Assembly (NCBI GenBank): GCA_963580095.1
Contig: CAUZJQ010000001.1
Coordinates: 1 to 52,236 of the forward strand
From: Lentisphaeria bacterium
GTDB taxonomy: Bacteria > Verrucomicrobiota > Lentisphaeria > JABSQK01 > CAJWLW01
DNA: 52,236 nt
Direction: 5' to 3'
In this document: piece after piece, positions 1-8,717 of the stretch
How the letters are laid out: each line of letters begins with the position of its first letter
How positions within the stretch are numbered: position 1 is the stretch's first letter
Position numbers and translations under genes: made by a program
Notes under the pieces: model-generated
What the model was told of the DNA's origin: nothing
Seen by the model: only the letters and a program-made list of their open reading frames with translations
Databases searched by the model: none

Positions 1-876
1 GAGCGCTTCAGCCATCAAAGCTTCGCCACGCTTCGTGATACTTTCGCCCATATATTGCGCTAGAGCCCCATCCATTGTCAGCAAGTGGGTCGACAACAGC
101 AAATAGTCTCCGCGCCCGATGGTCGCCGGCAAAGTTTTCAGAAAATCCGTCTTGGACACCGGGATGCCCAGGCACTCGAATGCCTCGAACAGCATGATGT
201 AATCCGATATCGCTGGAAACTCATGGCCGATGCGCTGCACTTCACGGTACATCGTGCGCCCCCCGGCTTTTTCCAAAGTGAGAAACCCCTGCCACGCACC
301 GATCTTTCCAACGTAATCCTCTTCGCCGGCAACAAAAATAAACGCCTGCGCCTTGACCCGTCGAAGTGCGTCGTAGCGAACGGACAACCCGTGGACCGGC
401 CCGGGGCAAACGATTAGACTTCCGGCGACCTGTATTTTTTTCTGCAGTCCCGAACTGCAGAGAAAGTCCGCGCCGGAAGAGAACCCGCTCAGATAAATAC
501 GATCAGGATCGACCGGAAACTTTTCCAGTACCGCGGCCAGGACATGTCGCGCATACGCACCGTCATTGAGTGGCCCCTCAATCCTCCCCCACGAACGCGT
601 GCGGCCGTTGATGCCGACAACGATGTAAGGTGCCTGCTCGACAAAGTGCGACCACAAACTGATCCGTGTCAGGTTGGCGCCTTTGCTGCCCGGTGAACTG
701 GCGCCGTGGAAATCGAGAATCATCGGCCACCTTCGGCTGTCATCGAAATCCGGCGGAAGCGACACCTCATATGACGCTTCTACCCCGTCGATATCGAACT
801 CCGGCACCCGGTACTCGACCGCCCCTGCAGTCATTGCAAGGCCACCGACCAGCATCATGGCAATAATGCTTCGCAT
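1..876 (-). CDS. Secreted alpha/beta-hydrolase fold esterase; the 5' end is in the window and the 3' end runs off the left edge
   Basis: Absent from the ORF track because no stop codon lies in the window. My reverse-complement translation from the ATG at 876 stays open to position 1. It reads MRSIIAMMLVGGLAMTAGA (signal-peptide-like), then ILDFHGASSPGSKGAN, DRIYLSGFSSGADF (G-x-S-x-G nucleophile elbow), FVAGEEDY and RIGHEFP (candidate Asp/His of the triad). The layout resembles PHB-depolymerase/feruloyl-type carbohydrate esterases. Confidence 0.6.
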   Translation of the reverse strand, partial: MRSIIAMMLVGGLAMTAGAVEYRVPEFDIDGVEASYEVSLPPDFDDSRRWPMILDFHGASSPGSKGANLTRISLWSHFVEQAPYIVVGINGRTRSWGRIEGPLNDGAYARHVLAAVLEKFPVDPDRIYLSGFSSGADFLCSSGLQKKIQVAGSLIVCPGPVHGLSVRYDALRRVKAQAFIFVAGEEDYVGKIGAWQGFLTLEKAGGRTMYREVQRIGHEFPAISDYIMLFEAFECLGIPVSKTDFLKTLPATIGRGDYLLLSTHLLTMDGALAQYMGESITKRGEALMAEAL

Positions 877-1368
877 AAATGAATTTAACTCATTATAGGG
901 AGGGGTACACTGTCCTGAAACAAACTCTTTAATTCAACTCGCAGTCCAGCATAGCACCGACTTAAGCGTTCATCCTCCGGGTCACCCCGCACGAAAGCCA
1001 GTTCCCGGGTGCCACAACTGTCCCGTTCCACCGTTGGCATTCTGGCGCTGCTCACCATCACGATCCACGGTCAATTTATTTATACGAAACCTTCCCCGAC
1101 CGCACCAGTCCGCTCGCAGGCACACGAGCACAGCGAAGGACGCATGGACAGATGTAGACAGGCTATGGCTTGTCGCCGGCATGGCGAGCCGGATTGGACA
1201 AAAAGTCGCATGGCCAAGAGCACACGACCTGAGCCATTCACAACAGTGACGGCGGCTCAATCTGCCAATGTAAGAAGATCTCTGACGCAACAAGGGCCCA
1301 AGGACTTCATCAGAATCGCCCCGGCGGTTCACACAATGCCTGCGAAGTGGATAAACGCAGAATAGCGA

Positions 1369-2358
1369 TCAGCGTTCCGGCATATCCCATCGCGGCACGA
1401 CTTCCGGGTTGACGTAGGACACAGGCCACTTGTGCTGTGACAGATCAATCGCCGTCTGCAGAGCCAGCCGGCAAAATTCGTTCAACAAGTCGGCATGGCT
1501 GCCGGCATTGTGCGGGGTGATGACAATGTTCGGCAGACCCACCAGCGGATCATCCGCAGCCGCAGGCTCTTTCTCCAGCACATCAACGGCAGCGCCGGCA
1601 ATCGTCCCGGCCTGCAATGCCTTTGCCAGGGCGAGGGAATCCACGATCGGCCCTCGTGAGGTATTGATGAGGATACTGGTAGGCTTCATCCTCTCAAGCT
1701 CAGTCTCGCCGATCAGGTGATATGTCTTCTCGAGCAGTGGTACGTGCAAGGAAACGACATCCGACTGAACAAGCAGTTCCTCGAACGAAACAGAACGAAC
1801 ATCAAGCTCCGCCATCACTGCCGGTTCGACCACCGGATCGTACGCCAAAAGCTCGGCACCGAATGGCTGCAACCGGGCGGCAACACCACGTGGGATATGA
1901 CCGAAGCCCACCAGCCCGATTGTGCTGCCATGCACCAGTGTCGGCATCGGGACGCCGAGATCCCAACCGCCGGCACGGATTTCACGATCACCCCTGCCAA
2001 TCTGACGGGTCATCGCAAGGATCAGGCCGACGGTGTGTTCGGACACGCCCAGCGCCGGTCCGGCCGGCGTGTTGGCAACGATGATGCCCATCTCCGTTGC
2101 TTCGGCGACGGGAATGTTGTCGGTGCCGCTACCGGCGCGAATGATCGCACCACAACGCTTGAGTTGCGGCATGACCTCGGCCGTGATCATCTCAACGCCG
2201 CCCATGTCCCAGACGATGTCGGCGTCGGCTGCCACGTCCGCAACCTCCTGCGGAGTCTTGGGCTGACAGTCCACAAACTCGAAGCCGGCTTCCGCCGCTG
2301 CGACCGGGACCCAATCGATCAGGGATTGATCGTCCTTTCTGAGAAAAGCGATTTTCAT
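1369..2358 (-). CDS. D-isomer-specific 2-hydroxyacid dehydrogenase family, NAD-binding
   Basis: Motifs: GLVGFGHIPRGVA (GxGxxG Rossmann), SLHVPL, NTSRG, AAVDVLEKEP and ITPHNAG (catalytic His region). I prefer the start at MKIAFL (2358), preceded by GGAGAG, over the track start at 2379. Confidence 0.85.
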   Translation of the reverse strand: MKIAFLRKDDQSLIDWVPVAAAEAGFEFVDCQPKTPQEVADVAADADIVWDMGGVEMITAEVMPQLKRCGAIIRAGSGTDNIPVAEATEMGIIVANTPAGPALGVSEHTVGLILAMTRQIGRGDREIRAGGWDLGVPMPTLVHGSTIGLVGFGHIPRGVAARLQPFGAELLAYDPVVEPAVMAELDVRSVSFEELLVQSDVVSLHVPLLEKTYHLIGETELERMKPTSILINTSRGPIVDSLALAKALQAGTIAGAAVDVLEKEPAAADDPLVGLPNIVITPHNAGSHADLLNEFCRLALQTAIDLSQHKWPVSYVNPEVVPRWDMPER

Positions 2359-2681
2359 AATCTCTCCGTAAAGTGACAAAGCTCGGATTGTCCATGGAAC
2401 ATCACCGCCGAACGTCTACAACGCAAGTTCCAAAAGTATCTGCAACATCAAGAACTTGCCCCCTCCGCGTCGTTCTTTACCCACAAATGCCGGGTGGAGA
2501 TCGTCATGTTGTGGACTTATAATACGGGGAGTTAACGATGGCGGGTGTAAGCGTTCAACCTGCGCGACAGCGGCATCAACACGATCATCCGCAACCGCCA
2601 GGACGAATACCGCGAGCTCGCAGTAGCCAAAGACTGGGAGCCCGTCCAGATTCCTGAGGCCGCGACTCAAACACTCGTAGC

Positions 2682-2699
2682 GAAGCGCGATTTCATCGA
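2682..2699 (+). repeat. Upstream copy of an exact 18-nt direct repeat, GAAGCGCGATTTCATCGA
   Basis: Identical 18-mer to 2748-2765, 66 nt upstream. It lies at the 3' end of a start-less, protein-like open frame (2551-2706). Confidence 0.9.
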
Positions 2700-2745
2700 A
2701 AAAAAATGATCCAGGCCGACCGACGCAAGAAAAGGGAGTCACCAT

Positions 2746-3615
2746 ATGAAGCGCGATTTCATCGATTGCCACTTTCACCTCTGGGATCTGAAGGAGCCGG
2801 GTCTGCACTATTGCTGGCTGATGCCCGATGGCGAGGATCCGCAACTCGGCGATCGACTGGAGGAACTCAAGGGTACCACCTATCTGATCGACGACTACAT
2901 CGCCGAAACCCGGCAGGCCAACGTAACCAGCGCAGTGCATCTCCAGGCCGCCATCGGCTCGGAAGACCCGGTCAAAGAAACTGCCTGGATCCAGGCCGCC
3001 GTTGATCGCACCGGGTTTCCGCTGGCAATAGTCGGATATACGGACCTCAAGAATCCGGATGCCGGCAAGGAACTCGAACGGCATTGCCACTACGCCAATA
3101 CCCGCGGCATCCGCGATTTCTCGGAAGGCGCTTACCTCGTCGATTCCGACTTTCATCGCGGCTACGCGATGCTGGCAGACTTCGATCTGGTTGCCAGCTT
3201 GTCGATCGACTGGGAAGCGATGCCGCAGGCACGCGATCTGGCACAGAAGTTTCCGCACATCCCCCTCGTCCTCGATCACTCCGGCGAACCCTCGGCGCGC
3301 GACGACGAATACTTCGAGAACTGGCGAAACGGCATGCGTACCGTGGCGCAGGCGGAAAATGTCACCTGCAAGATCTCCGGTCTCGGCATGGCGGACAACG
3401 ACTGGACCGTCGACAGCATCCGCCGATGGGTGCTGACCTGTATTGACGTCTTCGGCCCGCACCGCTGCATCTTCGGCAGCAACTGGCCGGTCGACAAGAT
3501 GTACAGCACGTACGACGCCCTGATCAACGCCTACACCGAGCTCGTCGCCGACTTCACCGACAACGAGCAGGACGCCATGTTCTCGAAAAACGCCTCGACG
3601 CTCTACCGCATCTGA
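2746..3615 (+). CDS. Amidohydrolase-2 family protein (cog3618-type; sugar lactonase candidate)
   Basis: The N-terminal metal motif DCHFHLWD, later HLQA, LVLDHSG and FGSNWP are typical of Amidohydro_2. GGGAG lies upstream of the ATG. Characterised members of this family include L-fucono- and L-rhamnono-lactonases and LigI. Confidence 0.8.
   Translation: MKRDFIDCHFHLWDLKEPGLHYCWLMPDGEDPQLGDRLEELKGTTYLIDDYIAETRQANVTSAVHLQAAIGSEDPVKETAWIQAAVDRTGFPLAIVGYTDLKNPDAGKELERHCHYANTRGIRDFSEGAYLVDSDFHRGYAMLADFDLVASLSIDWEAMPQARDLAQKFPHIPLVLDHSGEPSARDDEYFENWRNGMRTVAQAENVTCKISGLGMADNDWTVDSIRRWVLTCIDVFGPHRCIFGSNWPVDKMYSTYDALINAYTELVADFTDNEQDAMFSKNASTLYRI
2748..2765 (+). repeat. Downstream copy of the exact 18-nt direct repeat, overlapping codons 1-7 of the amidohydrolase gene
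   Basis: GAAGCGCGATTTCATCGA begins at the G of the ATG (2746-2748) and encodes (M)KRDFID. Confidence 0.9.
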
Positions 3616-3629
3616 ATCCGGAGTACTGA

Positions 3630-4730
3630 ATGCCTGACCACGCCAGAATCGCCATCATCGGGACCGGCTGGTGGTCCTCGACCGCACACTTTCCAGCGCT
3701 TGCAGCACACCCGGCGGCGCAGATTACCGCAATCTGCGACACCCGTGAAGAGGTGCTGGCGATGGTGGCGGCAAAGTTCGGTATCGACAAGACCTATACG
3801 GATTACCGCGAGTTGCTGGCAAACGAAGAACTCGACGGCGCCGTGGTCGCCGTCTGGCACGCCGCGCACTATGACGTGACCCGCGCCTGCCTCGAGCATG
3901 ACCTGCATGTCATGCTCGAGAAGCCAATGGTCCTGACCGCGAAACATGCCCGTGCCCTCGTCGACCTGGCAACATCGCGCAGTCGCGAGCTGATCATCGG
4001 CTATCCGATGCATTTCTCACCGCGCGTACTCGAGGCACAGGCCCTGATTCAATCCGGTGAACTCGGCAAGGTCCTGTACATCAACTGCTACTTCGCCTCC
4101 TCGACCATCCACATGCTGCGCGGCGACGACTCGGTCTATGGCAACGAACACAATTACCCGGTCATCGGTCCGGGCGACGTGTACAGCGACCCCGTGCGCT
4201 CCGGCGGTGGCCAGGGACACCTGCAAATCACGCACAGCGCCAGTGTCATGCATTTCATCACCGGACTGCGCCCGGTCCGCGTTCTGGCGTTGATGAACAA
4301 TCTCGACGTGCGGGTCGACGTGATCGACGCGATCACCGCACAAATGGACAACGGCGCCCTCGCCAATATCGGCAGCACCGGCAACCTGCAGATTTCCGAC
4401 GGCGGCCTGCTGACCCTGCACATCGACTGCGAACGCGGCCGACTCGAGATCGAATGCGTGGCAGGCGTCATGCATGTCCGGCATGCCGACGGAACAGACG
4501 AGCAGTTCGAACCACTGCCGGTGGAAGACATCCCGAACGGCGCCGATCAGCCGGAAGAGTCGTACCCACTACGGGCAACGGCAACGAATCTTGTCGACGT
4601 GATCATCGGTACACAGCCGAACGGATCACCAGCGGAATGCGGCTGGCATACCGTGGAACTGCTCGACGCAGCCTATCGCTCGGCGGCGCAGAACGGCCAG
4701 GCAGTCAACGTCGAATCTCTGTACGAATAA
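3630..4730 (+). CDS. Gfo/Idh/MocA family NAD(P)-dependent oxidoreductase (sugar dehydrogenase candidate)
   Basis: N-terminal Rossmann IAIIGTGWWSSTAHFPAL and the EKP motif (HVMLEKPM). GGAG lies upstream. The gene starts 14 nt after the amidohydrolase stop. Confidence 0.85.
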   Translation: MPDHARIAIIGTGWWSSTAHFPALAAHPAAQITAICDTREEVLAMVAAKFGIDKTYTDYRELLANEELDGAVVAVWHAAHYDVTRACLEHDLHVMLEKPMVLTAKHARALVDLATSRSRELIIGYPMHFSPRVLEAQALIQSGELGKVLYINCYFASSTIHMLRGDDSVYGNEHNYPVIGPGDVYSDPVRSGGGQGHLQITHSASVMHFITGLRPVRVLALMNNLDVRVDVIDAITAQMDNGALANIGSTGNLQISDGGLLTLHIDCERGRLEIECVAGVMHVRHADGTDEQFEPLPVEDIPNGADQPEESYPLRATATNLVDVIIGTQPNGSPAECGWHTVELLDAAYRSAAQNGQAVNVESLYE

Positions 4731-4755
4731 AATCAGGGACAACGGAGAAAAGCTG

Positions 4756-5097
4756 ATGCAACGAATATCATTTGTTCTAAACGTCAAGGACGGGCAGCAG
4801 GACGAATACATCCGCCGTCATCAGGAGGTCTGGCCCGAGGTGCTCAACGACTTACAGCACGCCGGCATTCACAATATGAGTATCTTCATGCACGGTCTTC
4901 AGATGTTCCTCTATATGGAGGCAGACAACTACGCCGAAGCGATACGAATCCTTGGAGACAGCCCCGAGTCCCTGCGCTGGGAAGAATACATGGCACCAAT
5001 CATGGAAGGTGAAGCCGAGGCCGCCTACGACCCGGAAAACGCCTATCCCGATGGTCTGCCTGAAGTTTTTCACTGGGAAACTTCACCGGAAAATTAG
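4756..5097 (+). CDS. rhaM: L-rhamnose mutarotase
   Basis: 113 aa, collinear with E. coli YiiL/RhaM as I recall it. MQRISFVLNVKDGQQDEYIRRHQEVWPEVLNDL corresponds to [36 protein letters not shown] SD. Confidence 0.85.
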   Translation: MQRISFVLNVKDGQQDEYIRRHQEVWPEVLNDLQHAGIHNMSIFMHGLQMFLYMEADNYAEAIRILGDSPESLRWEEYMAPIMEGEAEAAYDPENAYPDGLPEVFHWETSPEN

Positions 5098-5340
5098 GAA
5101 TTTTGGGGACGGACACTTTGAAGGCACATCACCATATCCTCCCCGCACTTACCTTCCGGGCGATATAACCGGTTGAATGATCGGATAACACAAAATAAAG
5201 CCGGGTCCTTATTCAAAGCTACTGAATGCCGCCCCGGCATTGGACCAGATCACGTCATCACCAGTCGCCAGTGGATGTTTTTTCGACGCAACCCAGTTCA
5301 GCGGCAAGACTTCACGTGAATCCAGAGACAACCCGTACAA

Positions 5341-6648
5341 TCAGTCTGCCATGACTTCTACGACCGGCAGGTTCCCCAGCAATTTCGTCCAGCGCAGCAA
5401 GTAGTCGTAGCGCGCCTCCCCGGCGGGCCCGACAGAAAAAGTCAGGAAGGCGGAACGCTCTCCGAAAACCGACCCTTTCACAACTGTAACCGGCGGCAGC
5501 AGCGTCCTGCACACGTACGAAAAATTGAAGTGGAAATTTTCCGCGGCATGCTCACCGTAGTCCAACAGGTAATAGACTGCGTTCTCGTCCTGCGGCCCGA
5601 CCTTGCCTTCCGGAGCACTGCTCCCGTACCAGTTGTTGACGATGGCAATCCCGTAACCCCCGTAGGGATGCACCAGCCCGACCCACGGGATGTCAGCTTT
5701 CATACGTTTGATCTGCCCGTAAATTTTCTTCGGATCCTCTGGGTCGAACAAACGGCCGAGCTGCGGCGTCCCGGTGTCGTCCGGCCAAATGCCATGCGTA
5801 TGGGTTCCACGGCTGAACACCAGCTCATTGTGACGTACCGCACCGATGTCGGTATCGTTGGTAAACTCCATGCGCGACGTCTCGAGAATGAACGGCATGC
5901 CCGCAAACACGGTGTAGCTGACCTCTGCCAGCGTCTCGTTGGAATTTGGCATGACGCCCCGCCGTACTGACCGGTAAGCCAGCGGCCCCCGGCTTTCGTT
6001 GAAATCAGGCGTCAGTTCGGGCTTGCTCGTGTTCCAGTCGCTGACATGCCCCCAGGCTGCCGGCGGTATCCACACGTCAGGGTTCCAGTGGATCGGCTTG
6101 CGGTGATCCTGAACAAACCCCATCTCCTCACCCCTGCCGGATTGCTGTGGAACGTACGTCATGAACTGTCCACTCACCGCATCGAATGCGAACTCCGCAG
6201 CCCCGGCATCCACCCTCGTTCCAAACCGTTCGCCACGGTATTGCAACTCCGGCGCGCCCAGCGTCGCCTGCCTCGGCTTGGCAACCAAATCAAGATCAAA
6301 TCGACGCATGCCGCAGCCGCTCAAGTCGGTAAAAAAACAAACATCCACCAGTCCGTCATTCACGTCGGCCACATCCGCCAGGCGTGCTACGTCCGGCTCA
6401 ACCACAGCAAGCACTTGATGGGCGACCGGTTCCTGCCGGCCTTCCCGGCGCAGTACAAACACCGGATCATCAATGCCGGCCGGCAATTTGACGCGTGCAA
6501 CAATCGGCCAGCTTCCCCGGTCAATATCGACCGAATCAGTGACCGCAATTGACCACGACGCAAGCGCCGAATCGTTCGCCTCCAGATGCCCGCACCCCAC
6601 CACGTGGGCAAGCCCTAACGCCACGACAAAAATACAGATGTTCTTCAT
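5341..6648 (-). CDS. Hypothetical lipoprotein, 435 aa, beta-rich, function unknown
   Basis: MKNICIFVVALGLAHVVGC is a signal peptide with a lipobox-like VVGC. Composition is protein-like over the whole length, and only short shadow ORFs lie on the other strand. I recognised no family. Confidence 0.6.
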   Translation of the reverse strand: MKNICIFVVALGLAHVVGCGHLEANDSALASWSIAVTDSVDIDRGSWPIVARVKLPAGIDDPVFVLRREGRQEPVAHQVLAVVEPDVARLADVADVNDGLVDVCFFTDLSGCGMRRFDLDLVAKPRQATLGAPELQYRGERFGTRVDAGAAEFAFDAVSGQFMTYVPQQSGRGEEMGFVQDHRKPIHWNPDVWIPPAAWGHVSDWNTSKPELTPDFNESRGPLAYRSVRRGVMPNSNETLAEVSYTVFAGMPFILETSRMEFTNDTDIGAVRHNELVFSRGTHTHGIWPDDTGTPQLGRLFDPEDPKKIYGQIKRMKADIPWVGLVHPYGGYGIAIVNNWYGSSAPEGKVGPQDENAVYYLLDYGEHAAENFHFNFSYVCRTLLPPVTVVKGSVFGERSAFLTFSVGPAGEARYDYLLRWTKLLGNLPVVEVMAD

Positions 6649-6872
6649 TTGACCTCGTCCGATCTTTCTTTACTGATGCTGGAACTCTGGCCGGCGCCTG
6701 GATACAACTCATTCGTGGCGTCTTCGCCATCATCCATCGCATCGCGACCATTCTGTTCGCAGCACGACTGTGGCCCAGGCCGTCGTCGCGTTCTTGATTT
6801 TTCTCAAGGATCGCCCTACCCTATCACCTACTCAGCGCATAATCACCCACATTCGACTGGCTGGCTCATACT

Positions 6873-7655
6873 ATGAAAAATATTAAAAAACTGCGGCAAC
6901 GTCTACAAAAGGGCACACCATGCTTCGGCACATTCCTGGCCGAAATGAATAGCAGCGGCGTTGTCGCAATGATGGCAAACTGCGGGTTCGACTTCTTCAT
7001 GGTCGACCTGGAACATGGCGCTCTGGACCTCAGCGACGTCACCCGCGTGATCGACGTCGGCAAGTGCCGCGGCCTGACCCCGATGGTGCGAGTTCCGCTA
7101 CGCAGCCCCGGCCTTTTCGCGGCCATACTCGACGGCGGCGCTGAAGGCATTATCGTGCCACAGATTCGCACCATGGACGAGGTCCAGGCCGCCGTGAAGC
7201 TGACGAAATACCCACCGCTCGGCGAACGCGGCGTCCACCTGTTGCTGCCACACACGAATTTCAACAAACCGCCCGACAAGGCAACGTACCTCAACGAGGC
7301 CAACCAGCACCTGGCAACACTGATCCAGATCGAAACAGTGGAGGCGGTAACCATAATCGACGAAATCGCCGCGACGCAGGGCGTCGACGGCTTGTACATC
7401 GGCCCCGATGACCTGGAAACCAGCATGCTCAACGCCGGCAACACCGATCCGGACTTCCTGATGAAGGTCGTCGCAGACGTCGGAGCCGCCTGTCGCCGGC
7501 ATGAAAAGGTCGCCGCCATCCATATTCCGCAGCCCGACATGCTACCCCAGCTTATGGCGCATGGGTTCACGCTTTTCGGTTATGCCGCCGCCCTGCAAGT
7601 GTTCGCCCTGGGGGCGACGGCTGTACTCAACCAAATGCGCGAAAACCTACCATAA
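6873..7655 (+). CDS. HpcH/HpaI family aldolase (2-keto-3-deoxy-sugar-acid aldolase candidate)
   Basis: GTFLAEMNSSGVVAMMANCGFDFFMVDLEHG, MVRVP, GAEGIIVPQI and YPPLGERG are typical of HpcH/HpaI. This family contains 2-keto-3-deoxy-L-rhamnonate aldolase. Confidence 0.85.
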   Translation: MKNIKKLRQRLQKGTPCFGTFLAEMNSSGVVAMMANCGFDFFMVDLEHGALDLSDVTRVIDVGKCRGLTPMVRVPLRSPGLFAAILDGGAEGIIVPQIRTMDEVQAAVKLTKYPPLGERGVHLLLPHTNFNKPPDKATYLNEANQHLATLIQIETVEAVTIIDEIAATQGVDGLYIGPDDLETSMLNAGNTDPDFLMKVVADVGAACRRHEKVAAIHIPQPDMLPQLMAHGFTLFGYAAALQVFALGATAVLNQMRENLP

Positions 7656-7677
7656 ATTGGGACATGGAGTTTCTCGA

Positions 7678-8673
7678 ATGGAATATCGCAAACTCGGTTC
7701 TAGTGGACTGGAAGTTTCCGTCCTCTCCTACGGCACCTGGCAGCTTGGTGACAAGACTTACTGGGGCGACAGCTCGTGGGAGGATGATGCGGCGTCTGTG
7801 CAAACTGCTCTCGACAGCGGTATAAATCTCTTCGATACCGCGGAGGGCTACGGCAACGGCGCATCGGAAGAAGCGCTCGGCAAAGCATTGGGCAAGCGCC
7901 GCGATGACGTGCTGATCTCCAGCAAAGTGTTCCCGGAACATTGCCAACCTGACCTCCTGCGCCAATCCTGCGAAGCCAGCCTGCAGCGGCTCGGCTCCGA
8001 CCACATCGACCTGTATCACATCCATTGGCCGTTCTACGACGTACCGATCGCGGATGTCTGGGGGGTACTGCAGGAGTTCGTCACCGAGGGCAAGGTGCGC
8101 GAAATCGCATTGTCCAATTACGGGCCGCAGAATATAGCTGAATGGTTCGCCGTGGGCACGTCCGTATCGAATCAGCTCGTCTACAATCTGCTGACCCGTT
8201 GCATCGAGCTCGAAATCATTCCTGCATGCCAGGAAAAGGGTATGGGTATTCTGGCGTACATGCCTTTGATGCAGGGTATTCTTGCCCAACGCTGGGACAG
8301 CATCGACGACATTCCCGAATCACGCCGACGTACCCGTCATTTTTCCTGCGAACGCTCAATGGTACGCCACGGCGAACCGGGATGCGAAGTGGAACTGTGG
8401 GCGGTCTACCGGGAAATTGGCCGAATCTGCGACGGCGCCGGCCTCCCAATGGCAGACGTCGCACTCGCCTGGACCCTGGCCAATCCGGCCATCACCTCGG
8501 TCATCATCGGGGGGCGCCGTCCTAAGCAGGTACTGCGTAACATCAAGGCTATGGATCTGAGGCTCGATGACAGCCTGATCGCCGAACTGAACGCAGCAAC
8601 CGAAACAATCAAACAGACACTCGGCACCAACAACGACATGTTTTGCGGCGGTACCGACAGTCGCACGCGCTGA
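7678..8673 (+). CDS. Aldo/keto reductase
   Basis: MEYRKLGSSGLEVSVLSYGTWQLG, INLFDTAEGYGNGASEEALG, LISSKV and DLYHIHWP. Start chosen at ATG 7678 (GGAG 9 nt upstream). The track start at 7501 is an N-terminal extension that overlaps the aldolase gene. Confidence 0.85.
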   Translation: MEYRKLGSSGLEVSVLSYGTWQLGDKTYWGDSSWEDDAASVQTALDSGINLFDTAEGYGNGASEEALGKALGKRRDDVLISSKVFPEHCQPDLLRQSCEASLQRLGSDHIDLYHIHWPFYDVPIADVWGVLQEFVTEGKVREIALSNYGPQNIAEWFAVGTSVSNQLVYNLLTRCIELEIIPACQEKGMGILAYMPLMQGILAQRWDSIDDIPESRRRTRHFSCERSMVRHGEPGCEVELWAVYREIGRICDGAGLPMADVALAWTLANPAITSVIIGGRRPKQVLRNIKAMDLRLDDSLIAELNAATETIKQTLGTNNDMFCGGTDSRTR

Positions 8674-8717
8674 TGCGCTGCGAGGCTCGATCTGTTTACC
8701 TATCCTTTCCCACCACT

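Noticed and set aside
2416-3462. Long antisense ORFs overlapping well-supported genes. Examples: 2416-3462(-), 8830-9681(-), 11320-12168(-), 21666-22646(-), 25906-26895(+), 28007-28921(-), 35493-36350(+), 35939-36820(+), 38782-39735(-), 43700-44596(-) and 47301-48533(+).
   Set aside because: Their translations are Arg/Ala/Gly/Pro-rich and low-complexity, typical of shadow frames in GC-rich DNA. The opposite-strand genes carry clear family motifs. I see no evidence for genuine overlapping genes.
5225-5241. Hairpins proposed as terminators. These are AATGCCG-CCC-CGGCATT after rhaM (5225-5241), CTTTCGTG...CACGAAAG after nadB (45820-45862) and ATCGCT-CGAAC-AGCGAT after the DMT gene (about 48840-48856, minus strand).
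   Set aside because: None has a following U-tract, and the nadB hairpin has a 27-nt loop. Evidence is insufficient to call Rho-independent terminators.
6794-6807. FNR/CRP-like box TTGAT-TTTT-CTCAA in the divergent promoter region upstream of the HpcH aldolase, tempting to link with the Crp-family regulator at 23542-24234.
   Set aside because: It has one mismatch to TTGAT-N4-ATCAA. By rough count, about one such near-match is expected by chance in a window this size. Its distance to the only -10-like hexamer (CATAAT, 6838-6843) does not fit the classic -41.5 position.
7501-7677. N-terminal extensions suggested by the ORF track. These are 7501 for the AKR, 31281 for cysK, 23506 for Crp, 33485 for PhyH, 27803 for RDD, 27848 for the rhomboid-like gene, 26778 for the ABC ATPase, 29802 for the B-box gene and 30014 for the membrane protein.
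   Set aside because: The extensions are non-protein-like, often begin with TTG or GTG, and overlap upstream genes. Each precedes an internal ATG that has a Shine-Dalgarno sequence and matches the N-termini of known homologues.
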